This document shows, piece after piece, positions 12,403 through 25,145 of a stretch of DNA of 64,000 bases. Every line of letters starts with the position of its first letter. Position 1 is the stretch's first letter. Location: positions 9,302,001 through 9,366,000 of the forward strand of contig NC_087252.1 in assembly GCF_037042905.1 (NCBI RefSeq), given 5' to 3'. The translations under genes were made by a program, and so were the position numbers. Source of the stretch: Lytechinus pictus. Its lineage: Eukaryota. A model generated the notes under the pieces. That model was not told the DNA's origin. It made no database searches and saw only the letters and a program-made list of their open reading frames with translations.

Positions 12403-15400
12403 ATATGTGTTTTCAAATATTTGAAAAAATATCATGAGACCCTTTGGTTTCTCTCATTTGCTTTGAATAACGTTTACAACAGATTTTCATGAATTAAACT
12501 TTCACTCAATACGCTGACATCTTGAATAAGTTTGTATTATTAAGTACGTAACTTTCCATAATCCATCTTATCAGACAGACCTAAAATTGACCCTAATCAC
12601 CTCAAATACATTGAAGAAATACAGGAAATCAAGCATAAACTAACTGTAACATCAATCGAAAACAATTTAACATACCTTCAGTTTTGTATTAAAGATCGAT
12701 TTATTGATTTGTTGTTTATATGATTGACATTAATTACCTCTTAAAATTGTACACCTATATTCATACTTTATATTTAAATTGTGTACTTGTTTTATTTACG
12801 CTCTGTTTAAATTGTAAAACGCTTAGAAACTGTATTGTATTAAGCGATACATAAAAGCTCCATAGTATTATTATTATTATTATTATCATTATCATCATCA
12901 CCATTATTATTATTATCGACCAAGGTCGATGAACCTTCGACCGGTCTTGTTTTAGCTGTGACCTAGCTCTTACCATGAAGGTGTAATTAGTCTAAACTCA
13001 AGTTCATGCAAGAAAAACAAATTATTTCGAAAAGCAACAATATTCTTTCATTTAAAGCTCATCTCAACGTTAATAATATATACATAACTGAGTTAGAACA
13101 AAGGAAATCGGTGCTATCAAATTACAATTTGCATGAGCATGATGAGGCAAATACGATTTTGTGAGTTTTTCTGTTATGTATTCGGAAAACAATGTTCATA
13201 ATTACACAATAAGAGTTTACTTCTTTCATAACAGACCTTATCCGTAAAATATGGTTACCGCATGGTCGAGAAAAAGATGAATGAATAAATGCTTGATTTC
13301 TACCTATTCGACAGATCATTGAAAACAAGCATTTCAAAAAAAGCGGCAGACAATTTGTTAACGGTGAATGCGTGGTGTGTGATTCTGTGGTTGGCTTGAA
13401 TGTTATGTTCGGATTCTTTCAAACTTGTAAAACATAATTGAAAAAAAAATTGACGAGGCAGGGGCAGTAAAATGTTACATGAGGATGACCCACCTAAAAA
13501 CAACCTTCCCAGTCAAAAAGTTTTTTTTCTCCTCTACACTCTAAAATTTATGCACCCACTTTCTGCTTCACCCTCTCCCCTTGAAACATGTTCCGCCGCC
13601 GCTCTGAAATGACCCGACGAACGGAAAAACCGAGAGAAGTTTGAGAAAAAAAAATTCCCATAGCAATACACTCCACATACTAAGAAATTTGGCCTCAATT
13701 TTACATTCCTCGGGGTGGACAGAATTGTTCCTCTACGAGTACCCCTAGGAGTGCACGCATAAACACAAAAAGGGGTGTACAGTGTGCTCCCCTACTTTTG
13801 GGTGTTTATCTGCACCTTAGAGGGTGTACACGTCTACCCCTTGAGGGGCATAATGTACCCAACATGAAATGACAAAAAGATTGTCGAGACTTCCGGTCCA
13901 TTCATTTTCTTTATTGAAATTTTAGTTACTTTAGTTGGGACTCGAACTTACCTCGTTTTATCCATAGTCAAGATTCTTCCCGCTATGCCAGCGAGAAGCG
14001 CTGAGATTGGATGAGGTCCCTTAGCGATATGATCTGATTCTTTTTTTGACTTGTGATGATAGTTATGATTCAAGTGGATCTATTTCTTCAAATGTATACG
14101 TAATCAAAAGTGTTTTTTAAACAATTATCACATAAATATTAAATATTTATCAAATTATTTCACTTCGGTAAAGGGCGTCAGTGTATTATTATTTTGGGTA
14201 ATCTTCGTTCATAAATCAACTTTATCTATACCATACGTCTATCAGCGAGACTGATGGGTTGCGCGCAAAGGACAGGGGTGTACAACAGACACGTACTCTC
14301 GCATATGAGCTAAGTTGCACATTGATGGTATCAAGGGGTGTACGCACTTATCGTACACTGTATTTGCACCGGGATTTCTTAGTGTGCCAGCTGGAGAAAA
14401 CTCACGAAAGTTGCCTTCGATCAGAAAAGTGTCAAATAAATGACAACAATAAAGTGCTTTCCTTCCCCGGCATTAACATCATCCACAGTAAGTCTATTGT
14501 CAGCTTCTTTTTTTGGAAAAAACGGAATGATTGTCTTTAAACGATCCGTCGAATAGATAGAAATCAAGCATCCTTTTAATGCAACTACTTCTAGACCATG
14601 TGTTATTGATGTATTAGTAATTTGGTTTCATAAAGAATTCAAGACGAATATTCAAATTATAAACTTCGTTTTCAAAATAGGTAGAAGTAATTAAAAGCCA
14701 AGTAAAGGCAAGAAAAACTCGAAATCGTAATTTGGGAACGTTAAAAACACGTTTTTGACATGAGCCCCATGTTCATAACTTTCGCCTACTAGCTATCTGG
14801 ATTCAACATGTTCAACAAATGTTACTACGTGCAGGTCTCCCCGACCCCCCCCCCCCCTTCGAATCTTAACTGATGGGATCTTTTACCATACAATGCAACT
14901 GGAATTTATTAGTATGTGATTTGTTTTTTGCTTAAATAAACCTATCAAAGTTCAATGATAAGATTATAAAATTATCTGTCATAAATCCAGATTAATCAAT
15001 GGAAGCAAATAGTACACCCCCTTTCAATTTGCATTATATGTAGATAAAATTGCTTTGTATGTTCGACAGATTAAATCAACAAGTTTTAATATCTCATAAA
15101 GTTTAGATCATTGAAACTATTTCGGCAATTTCCGTTTTCATAAATGGGATTAATTGAAGGCAAGTAAATAGCAAATGATAAGCACCCATCTACGTTTGCA
15201 CGCAAGCCATCATCTTGATGTAACCAATTTACGAGCAATTTCTTCCTGTTTTGGGACTTTACTACTTTTTTCCTAGTAATACAAACACAATTTATTAGGA
15301 AATATGGTGAAATAAAAAAAATATTTGTTTCAAACGCGCATGATTATAGCTGCCATTAATAGGAATTGATCAATGGTAATGACGGATGCAAATAGTACAC

Positions 15401-18400
15401 GCCTTCGTGTTCCTTAAACTTCGCAACACCAACCCCATATTCCTTTCTTCTGAGACAATCATGATTTAAGTTCAAATGTCTCCTTAAAACATTTTTTTTT
15501 TTAACTTTAAAAAAAGTTTTGAATTCCCCCCCCCCCCACCTCCACAAAAAACACGAAACCGTAATGCAGAGTAACCTTTTTCCATCGTAATGATAAATTT
15601 GCTTCATGAGATGTAGATCAATGAAAAGATATGATTTCATTTGAACCTCTTTTCAACGTTGATAATGCATACATAACTGAGTTAGAACAAAGGAAAATGG
15701 TGCTGCCAAATTCGATTTGTATGAGCCAAATACGGTTTTATATTAGTTTGCCTGGCTTTTACTGCTATCTATTGATAATGAAATAATGTTCATAATAAAA
15801 CATCAGGTTATTACTTCTTTCATACAGTGCCGGCCGCGGGAAACGTCACGGTGTTTAGTCGAAACAAGACGTCTAAATTAACACATTTGTTCAAATCTGT
15901 ATGTGATTTTCACTCCATATCAGGCATAGGTTTTCGAGGCCGATTTTCTCAATATTTATCGTGGATAAAATGTCTTGTAAAAATTAAAAAGACCTGGGGT
16001 GAAACTTGGATTTTAGTTTTTTTTTCACTGTTAAGGACCCTTTCCTATTAATATTCTTCCCGTGGTCGTCCGTTATTTCATTTCTAATTAATCGTGATCG
16101 TAAATGAGTTTTTGATATCGGAGGTGGTATTTGTCGATGTTGGCGCTACCTTTTCGGAGGTCGTCCTAGAACTATTTACTCTATTCTTTCCCTGCATGTT
16201 CATCCTTTATTTTATACCCTGATATATCGTTCAGGCGCGGATCCATGCAGATAAGGGGGAGGGAGAAGAAGAGAGCGAAAATGAAAGAAAAGGCGAAGAA
16301 GGAGGGATGGACGGAAGAAAAAAAGGAAAGAGATAGGGAAATAGAAAAAGTGAGAGAAGGGGAATAAGTGAAAAGAGAAGGGGAATGGGGACAAGAGAAA
16401 ATAGAGGGGGAGAAAAAAAACCGAAGAGGGGAAAGAAGGAAGGACAAAGAAAAGAAAGAATGAAAAGGTGGAATGGGAATGAGAAGGAAGGGGAAATTTA
16501 AAAAAAGATGAAGATAAAGAGAGAGAAAACGGAGGGAAGGTAAAAGGCAAAGGTGAGATAGAGAGAAAAGACGGAAGGTGGAGGGTAATAAAAGGAAAGC
16601 CAGGAGAAAGAGAAGGGATAAGGGAAGGGAAATTAAAAAAGGAAGGGGAAAGGAGAGAAAGATAAACTAGAGGGGAGAAAGGGTACCGAGGAGGATAAAG
16701 AGAGAGGGAAGGGGAGGAAAAAGAAACGAAACAAAGAAAAGGAGAGAAAGGAGAAGGTATGCTACTATTCTCATCAAAATGCTGGAATCCCTCTTGAATT
16801 TTCCTTATTTTCTTCCCATTCCTCCTTTCCCTCTAACTATCTCTCTCTCTGGCTCCCATCTTTTCCCGATCTTTATTAGTGGACGTTATTTTATATTTGC
16901 CTCTCGTCATCAGATTTTTTTTTAATTTCTCGTTTAGATTCACTCTCAATCCCTCAAACTACTTTTTTTTCTCTCTTTCCAACATATAATGCCATGTATA
17001 GCTTTATTAAACTACATATCCATAGAATACAGGAAACTGTTGATTCATTATTATATAGATATATACAGTATTTCCGATAGTGTTGCAGTATTTACCTATA
17101 ATTTTTTTTACTCAGTAAGGCAAATGCATGATGATTGACAGGCGGTGTTTCGACTCGGTACGTGCCGGAATGGGGCAGTCGTACTTGATCTTGGCTTGAC
17201 TAACTCCTTTGTTCCCCGGTCAGGGCTAAGTTAGGGCCTAGACCTAACGTTAGCTTGGGGCCAAGGCCAGGGGCAGGCTTTTAGATCTAGACCTAGACTA
17301 GGCCCTAACGTTAGATCTAATGTTTAATAATTCGGTTCATAAAATATATATGGACTGCTTTTATATTCGAGACATGGTTGTTTCAATTCGGCTCGCGGGT
17401 ACCGCATCGGCCAGACCATGCCCTTTGGCATAGTCGCGTTGCGGTCCCCTTGAGCCTCTAGAAACAACCATGCCTCTCAAAGCAGTCCATATATCTATAG
17501 TATAGCTTCCGAAGACACACACACTACTGATTGCGCATACGTTTAAACGTTAAGAGCAAAATATATCAAGAATGTTTCAATGGTAATCATATTTCGATCT
17601 GCCAAAAACCGCTGTCTTCAATATAATAACAAGTTGTGACTTGGTTTTATTATTTATTTTATAAATTGAGCTCCCCTCACATTTCATCCAATCTACATCA
17701 ATCCTTTCCAGTGTGGTTCCATATACCATTGACCTAGAGTAGTAGTTCCATGCAAATGTTGATATTTATATAAAAGCACAATCCATAGCTAGACATATAA
17801 CTAGATTTTAATTCGTCATGCGGACGAATTAGGTGGTCTGTCGTAGACAGACAAATACTAGTAGATAAACATACATGATTTTTTAACAAATGAGTAGATA
17901 TAAGACTGAAAGATAAATAGACAGTCAGATAGACATACATATTTAAACAGATACACATAAGAAAGATAGATAAACATACATAATAATTGAAACACATAAA
18001 TGTATATTAAATTGAAAGATAAATGGATCGATAGACAGATAGACAAATTCAAACAGATAGATATACGATAGACAGATTGATAGAACATAGCTAGATAGAA
18101 AATAGATAGATAGAGAGACAGACATACAAATAGAGAGATAGAAAGAAAGATAGATAGTTAGATAAATATATCATGTAGGTAGGTAGATAGATAGATATAG
18201 ATAAACAGATAGACAGACATATATATAGATAGATAGATGGATAGACAGATAGATAGATAGATAGATAGATAGATATATAGATATATAGATAGATAAAGAG
18301 AGATAGAGAGAGAGAAAGATCGAGAGACAGGCAAATAGATTAATATAGAAAGATGGACATTTCCAAACAGATAGTTATATATAAGAGAAATAGGTAGATA
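12403..18400 (+). repeat. Tandem segmental duplication, copy 2
   Basis: Collinear with 3936-12402. It lacks the two MITEs and ~1.08 kb (junction GTTCCCC-GG-TCAGGG at ~17218, GG microhomology). Confidence 0.95.
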
Positions 18401-18682
18401 GATAGATGGATAGATAGATAGATAGATAGATAGCCAGACAGACATACAAATAGATAGATAGATAGATAGATAGACATATTTATACAGATAGATATATATT
18501 AGACAGAGAGAGATAGATAGACAGATAGATATACTGTAGGTCTACAATATAGACAGACAGACATATGGATAGATAGATAGAGTGAGAGAGAGAGAGGGAC
18601 ATATTCAAACAGATAGATTTATATTAGACAGAGAGATAGATAGATATGTCATGTAGGTAGATAGATAGACAGACGGATAGAT

Positions 18683-18731
<49 letters not shown>

Positions 18732-20206
18732 TATAGATATAAATATTAACATAGACGGCGGAGAGATAGACGGATATGATTAGATATCAAAAAAGTAATT
18801 ATAATCTTTTTTTGCAATATTTTAACTATTATATATAAGAATTTTTATAATTGATCGTGCGCAAGTTAAAAAAAAAATCATGTTCACCCGCGTACTCGAA
18901 CCCCTGCCCGCATGATTAAATGAGATGCAAGTCTGACACCTAACCGATTGAGCTAGAATATTTCCCATAGACTTTACACGTAAGGAAAATACGAGAATCT
19001 CAAATCCAATTTTGCAAGTGAAATACGGGCATGATCCCGGCATCTGATCGAAAAAATAAAGGCAACATTTCCGAAACCTTAGAATCTCAGCTACAACATA
19101 CTTAAAGCTCAGGGATATCTGACAAGAATAAATGGAGATATGACTCACGAAAAAAAGGAATGTAGAATCTAGTTTTGAGAAAAAGTCATGTCCCATAGAG
19201 ATTACAGGCAAAATGAGTAAAAATGACACGCCTTTATCATTTGCAATTTTTGAGGATGATTCGTTTATTAAAATAAAAAATTAAGGCAATGAATCAGAAA
19301 AAATAAAACCTAAGCTACAACATATCAAAAATTGGGCGAAATTTGATCAATATTCACGGAGTTAGAGCCAAATTTGCATAATTATAATGACGTCATAACA
19401 CGCAAAATGGATATTTTGACTTCCGACGCCAATTTAATGACGTCATAATATACGTTAGGGTCCAATGAGACATGAAATCATATGTATGATTTATATTCTA
19501 TCGAAATATGAAAAAAAAATTGGGGCTCCCCGTTCGTTCTGAAGAGCTACAGTGAATTTTTAGTAGGCATGTTTTTGCCCATATAGAGCCTATGGAAAGA
19601 GCTCGCGCGCACGCGTGCTGCAAACTTTAATGGGTGCTCATTCCCTCATTAATGATCGTAGAGAGCTCATCGAGGTATCAATTTGATCAGAATTATAGCA
19701 ATAATAGATATGCATCGAAAAAAACAGCGAATCTATGCTGCGTATGCTGTTACCCACGAAAACGTGCGCGCGCGCAAAATCTTCAAATGCTTAAAATGAC
19801 CTGAAACGTACCCAAAAAATTTTATAGGCCATTTGTATATTTTTTTTTAGCTTTGAAGCGCGCGTACGCGCGCGTCTTGACCTTTACATGACCTTTGATG
19901 ACATTGACAGATTACCTTTGACCTAAAAATTATTTGATGTGAATACGATTGATTATTGATGATCCGTTATGTTGATATGATCAAATTAAGAATCTTACAA
20001 AATGGCGCGTAGATGACGTCATCATAACCGGATGACCTTGAAAAGCTTAGTATGCCGTCTCTATGATAGACTCTATATATGACAGAAAAATCAGCCAAAT
20101 TGATTCAGCCAATTCGGAGAAAAGTTGGCGACAAACATAGGTGCTAAAAGTAAATAAAGAAAATTCTGACGAAATTAAGAGGTGATCTGTCAAAGACAGA
20201 CAACCA
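17801..20206 (-). mobile_element. Helentron-associated non-autonomous element (HINE/DINE-like), unit B
   Basis: Left end is CTAG + hairpin + TAGGTGGTCTGTC. Right end is the palindrome GGTGATCTGTC-AAA-GACAGACAACC. It has asymmetric subTIRs, a long (GATA)n tract, no TSD and A-rich flanks. Confidence 0.75.
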
Positions 20207-20329
20207 AACTAGATTTTTAATTCGTCATGCGGACGAATTAGGTGGTCAGTCCTTATTCTCGCCATCATGATCACTATTACCATGTTCATGCAGATCAATA
20301 TGATCATCATGATGGCAACAATTTTTCAA

Positions 20330-20942
20330 ATTAAGAACTTTAAAAAATTCAGATATAAATACATATCAAGCTGCTATCTTCATGTTCAAATACAAAAAGG
20401 GAATACTTCCTCCATCCTTTCAAAATATGTTCACAATCAACAACACCATCCACTCTTATCCAACACGAAACTCTGACAAATTTCGTCTCACAAATCCAAA
20501 ATTGATAATAGCACACAAATCAATTAGACATTACGGTGCAGATTTATGGAATAATTTATCACCTGACACTAAGTTATGCTCTAAACTTTATTCATTTAAG
20601 GCTGTTTTGAAGAGAAATACACTGTTAAAATATGATACCTAAAATCTCTGTGTGTTACGTACCAACCGATATTACAATCTCTCCCCCCCCCCCCCCGCGC
20701 TTGCACTCTCGCACATTTGCACTTTATCTTTTATCAACATGATTATAACTTCCTTATTTTAATTTGTCTTTCCCTATCTACTTTTTTGGTAATATTCCTA
20801 TTATTTTGTGCAGTAAAGGATAAGTCTCTTTTATTGCACTGTTTGTCTGATTTTCCTTCCCCTTTCCTTTTGACGCCTTCATCAATTTCAAGCTCTAAGC
20901 TTAAGATGAAGGTCTCCCACGTTTCAAAATGTACTTTGTTGA

Positions 20943-20979
<37 letters not shown>

Positions 20980-21150
20980 GTTTTTTTCTGCCATTTTTTG
21001 TAACAATTAAAAAAAATATATATCAGGTATAAATATATTTTAATTAGATTATTATATCATTTACTTATTATGTTATGCTAATAAAGAAAAAATGATTTCA
21101 CTTGTATATGATTTTATTGGAATGTGGAAATAAATCAAATCAAATCAAAC
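20330..21150 (+). mobile_element. Crack/L2-group LINE 3' fragment
   Basis: ORF 20382-20642 MFKYKKGILP..F..N..IHSYPTRN..SIRHYGADLWNNL..FK..LK. Ends with AATAAA + (TCAAA)n at ~21129-21149. Confidence 0.8.
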
Positions 21151-23259
21151 TGAATGTTCATTATGGATCGAATACTTGTGAAAGATGGGAGATGATGGAG
21201 CACTGCGAAAAGAGTCTCTTTAATATATGACAATACATGTGATTTGAAAAAAGTAATTATAATCTGTTTAATCTTGCTAAATTTAAACTTTTATACCTTT
21301 TAATTGTCATAAAGGATCATGTACGAGGTGGTAAAAAGAAAAAAAATGAAAATAATCATCTTGTTCACCCCAGGACTCGAACCTGCACCCTCGAGAACGC
21401 AAGTCAACTGCGTTATCCTTTCAGCCACGATATTCCCCCATAGAGATTACACGTTCCCATAGAGATTACATGTAAGCAAATTTGAGAATTACAAATCCAT
21501 TTTTGCAAGCGAAAAACGGGCATGATCCCGACATCGGATTGAAAAATGAAGGCATCAATTCCGAAAGCTTAGAATCTCAGCTACAACATACTCAAAGCTC
21601 AGGGATTACCGACAAGAAAAAATGGAGATATGGCTCACGAAAAAGAGGAATGTAGAATCCAGTTTTGAAAAAAAGCCATCTCCCTTAGAGATTACACGTA
21701 AAATTAGCAAAAAGACATGCTTCTATGAATTGCCATTTCCAGGATGATTCGTTTATTAAAACGAAAAACAAAGGAATAATTCCGAAAGAATATAGTTTCA
21801 GCTACAATATATTAAAAATTTGGCGAAAATTGAATAATATTTACGGAGTTAGAGTCAAATTAGCATAAATGTGAAGACGTCGTAACACCCAAAACTGATA
21901 TTTTAAGATCCGACGCAATTTTGATGACGTCATAATAAAATATTTGAGGGTCAAATGAGACATGAAATCATATCTATGATAAATACTCTATCGAAATAGG
22001 AAAAAAAAATGTGGGGGTCCCTGTTACACCAACAAATGTAATAACGCCCACAAATGTAATAACACTTTACCCACAAATGTAATAACGCCCACAAATGTAA
22101 TAACACTTAACCAACAATAGTAATAATTTCACCCACAAATGTAATAATACACTTTACCCACAAATGTAATAATTTTTGATCGCCCACAAATGTAATAATG
22201 ACTTTACCCACAAATGTAATAAATTTGAAGGGATTTTTGGCGAATCCGTTCTAAAATAAGTAATAAATATAATAAACTAAAATCCTGTAGTAATGCGTTC
22301 ATATAGCGATGGACCTATTGTAATAGGTCCATGATATGGCACTAAAGTGCAAAGTCTTTTTACCAAACCCGGTTAATATAAAAATTATGATATAAGTCCA
22401 AAATCTTTATTCCAGACCCGGTTGTTTAAAAAATTGTAATATAAGTCCAAAGTCTTTTTTCCAGACCCGGTTGTTTAGAAAATTATAATATAAGTCCAAA
22501 GTCTTTTTTCCAGACCCAGTTGTTTAAAAAATGATAATATAAGTCAAGTCTTTTTTCCAGACCAGGTTGTTTAAAAAAATTATAATATAAGTCCAAAGTC
22601 TTTTTTCGAGACCCGGTTGTTTCTAAAATTATAATACAAGTCCCAACGAAGATACGATAATGATATTCCAGTGGAATGAAATGTTGTTGTTTTAGTTTAT
22701 ATGGCGCGTATCATTCAGTGGTGAATAAGAGTACATTGAGAATCAAGCGTAGTCTTTTCTCCAGACCCAGTTACTAAAAACTAAAAACTAAAACCCTTTA
22801 CCCACATATGTAATAATTTTTTATCACCCACAAAGGTAATTATGACTTTACCCACAAATGTTACAAAATTTAAAGGGATTTTTGGCGAATCTGTTCTAAA
22901 ATAAAACCCTATACTAATGTGTTCATATAGCGCAAAGTCACAGTCTTTTTTCTCTAGACCCGGTTATATAAAAAATTTAAACAATCTTCCAAATAAAGAT
23001 CCCAAAACTAATACTTCTTATTGTTGAAAAACATAGACCTTTAGCGTAGTCTTTCCTCCAGACCCAAATATTTCAAATAGCAAATAAAAAGTAATAGATA
23101 ATAATTATTAAAAAAAAGACCACACGATCTTATTAATGTTGAACAAAATGTAAATATATCATAGTCTTTCCTCCAGACCCTGTTATGAAAAAAAATCATT
23201 CAAAAACAAAACAACAACAACCAAAAACAGACCCCGCAGTCTTTTCAACATTGAATAGT

Positions 23260-23443
23260 GCGTGTGTGTGTGTATTTGAGTTTTGTCAGACGTGTATCAA
23301 TCATATATGATTATTTACGTATGGGACCAACCTTAATTGTCACCATCTGAAACACGTGACCAAGGCTTGAACCTCGAACCTCTGCATCAATTTTTAACTG
23401 CCCCACATAGATTGGATTACAGGCGCACGCCACAACGCCCAGT
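23260..23443 (-). mobile_element. SINE-like retroposon with a 7SL (SRP) RNA-like 5' head and (CA)n tail
   Basis: The minus strand begins ACTGGGCGTTGTGGCGTGCGCCTGTAATCCAATCTATGTGGGG, resembling the 7SL/Alu/B1 5' end. B-box-like GGTTCAAGCC at 23364-23373. TAGT on both sides (23256-59, 23444-47). It interrupts one unit of the host repeat. Confidence 0.72.
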
Positions 23444-23779
23444 TAGTATCGAAATATGGTGTAGTCTTTGTTCCAGCCCCGGTTACTTCACAATTGCATA
23501 TCATAAAGAATGCAATTAACAAAGACCCCACTATCTAATTAATGTTGAATAACTTGAAAATATAGCGTAGTCTTTCTTCAAGACCCACTTATTTCAAAAT
23601 AACAAATCATAGAAAAGATATATAATAATAATAAAACAAAGGCCCACAGTCAAATTAATGTTGAATGACGTAGAAACATAGCGTAGTCTTTGCTCCAGAC
23701 CCACTTATTTCAAAATTACAAATCATTTTTTAAAGAGTCAACAAGAAACAAAGACCCCCACTATCTTATTAATGTTAAA

Positions 23780-23851
23780 TAATAATGATAATAATAATAA
23801 TAATAATAGTGTATATTTGTAGAGCGCACACACCGTCAGTAGACGCTCATG
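23780..23851 (-). mobile_element. Very short L2-type 3' tail insertion
   Basis: Minus strand CATGAGCGTC..GTGCGCTCTACAAAT..(TAT)n interrupts a host repeat unit. Confidence 0.55.
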
Positions 23852-25145
23852 GAAATATAGCGTAGTCTTTCATCCAGACCCAGATCTTTCAAATAACAAA
23901 TGAATAATAATAATAAATTGATAATAATAAAAAAGCAACGACCCGCGATCCTAGTGATGTTGAATAACATGGAAATATAGCGTGGTCTTTTCTCCAGACC
24001 CAGTCATAAAAATCATTAAAAAATACAACAACAACAAAACAAAGCCCCTTCAATCTTATCAACATTGAATAGCATGGAAATATGGTGTAGTCTTTGCCCC
24101 AGACCCAGTTATTTCAAAATAAGAAATTATAAGAAACAATAAAAACAAACAAACAGTGTCAGCAAAGACCCCACAATATCATTGATGTAGAATAACGTTG
24201 TTGTTGTAGTTATCTTGGATTTTAAGGTGCGTATCATAAATTATATCATAAATTAAATTGTCGTCTTTGTGGTATGCGTTATCACATGGTTTTTATAGTT
24301 TGGCTTAATTTATATTTTTAAGAGAACTGGGTGTGGGGTAAAGACAACACTCTAAACCCAAGCATTTTAACTGGGTTTAATTTTGAAGATTGGTCTTAGC
24401 CTTGATTTTTTTTAAATATTTGTTTATCTTTTAAATAACCGGGTCTAGACGAAAGACTAAGCATAATACTCGTATTATTCCACAGGAATAAAAATATGAC
24501 AAAGTTTTATGTTTTTAAGATTGTTTAAATTATTTTTTAAATGACTGGGTCTGGAATAAAGACAACGCTCTAAACATGTACATGGTCTTAATTTGGAGGA
24601 TTGTTGGTTCTTAGATTCGTTGTTGGGTGTTGGGTTTTTTATTGCTTTTTATTCTTGAAATAACTGTGTCTGGAGGAAATTCTACAATCGATCTTCATGT
24701 TTTTCCACAGTAATTAGATTATTGGGTATTCGTTTTAGAATATTTGTAAAAACAATTTTTTTTTCAAATAATAACCAAGTCTTGAGAACAGATGATTGCT
24801 TTACCCATGCGTTATTACACTTTTTTGTAGGGGTCTTAGAATTATTTGAAGAAAAAAATGGGTGTAGGGTAAAAACATATTTTTTCTGGGTGTAACTTTT
24901 GAAAATTGATCTTAAAATTTGAAGGTTTTTTTATTCATTTTTTTAAATAACCGGGTCTGGAGGAAAGAGTACGTTTTTTAATCTCGTGTTACTCCACAAG
25001 AATTAAAATATGATAGGGTCTTACGTTAAACGATTTTTTTTTGTAAATTTTTTAATGATTAGGTCTGGAATAAAGACAACGCTCTTATAACCTCATTTCA
25101 AAACAGGTTCTTAGGTTGAAGGATTTCTTGGTCTTAGATTTGTAT

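Noticed and set aside
23260..23443. Human or rodent Alu/B1 contamination, or a genuine 7SL gene
   Set aside because: Only the first ~45 nt clearly resemble 7SL. There is no S domain or poly(A) tail, and it is integrated with a flanking duplication in a native repeat.
22022..25140. Repeat-spacer-like arrays resembling CRISPR
   Set aside because: The repeats are degenerate, the spacers are related to each other, the arrays are mirrored as TIR arms, there are no cas genes, and the context is eukaryotic.
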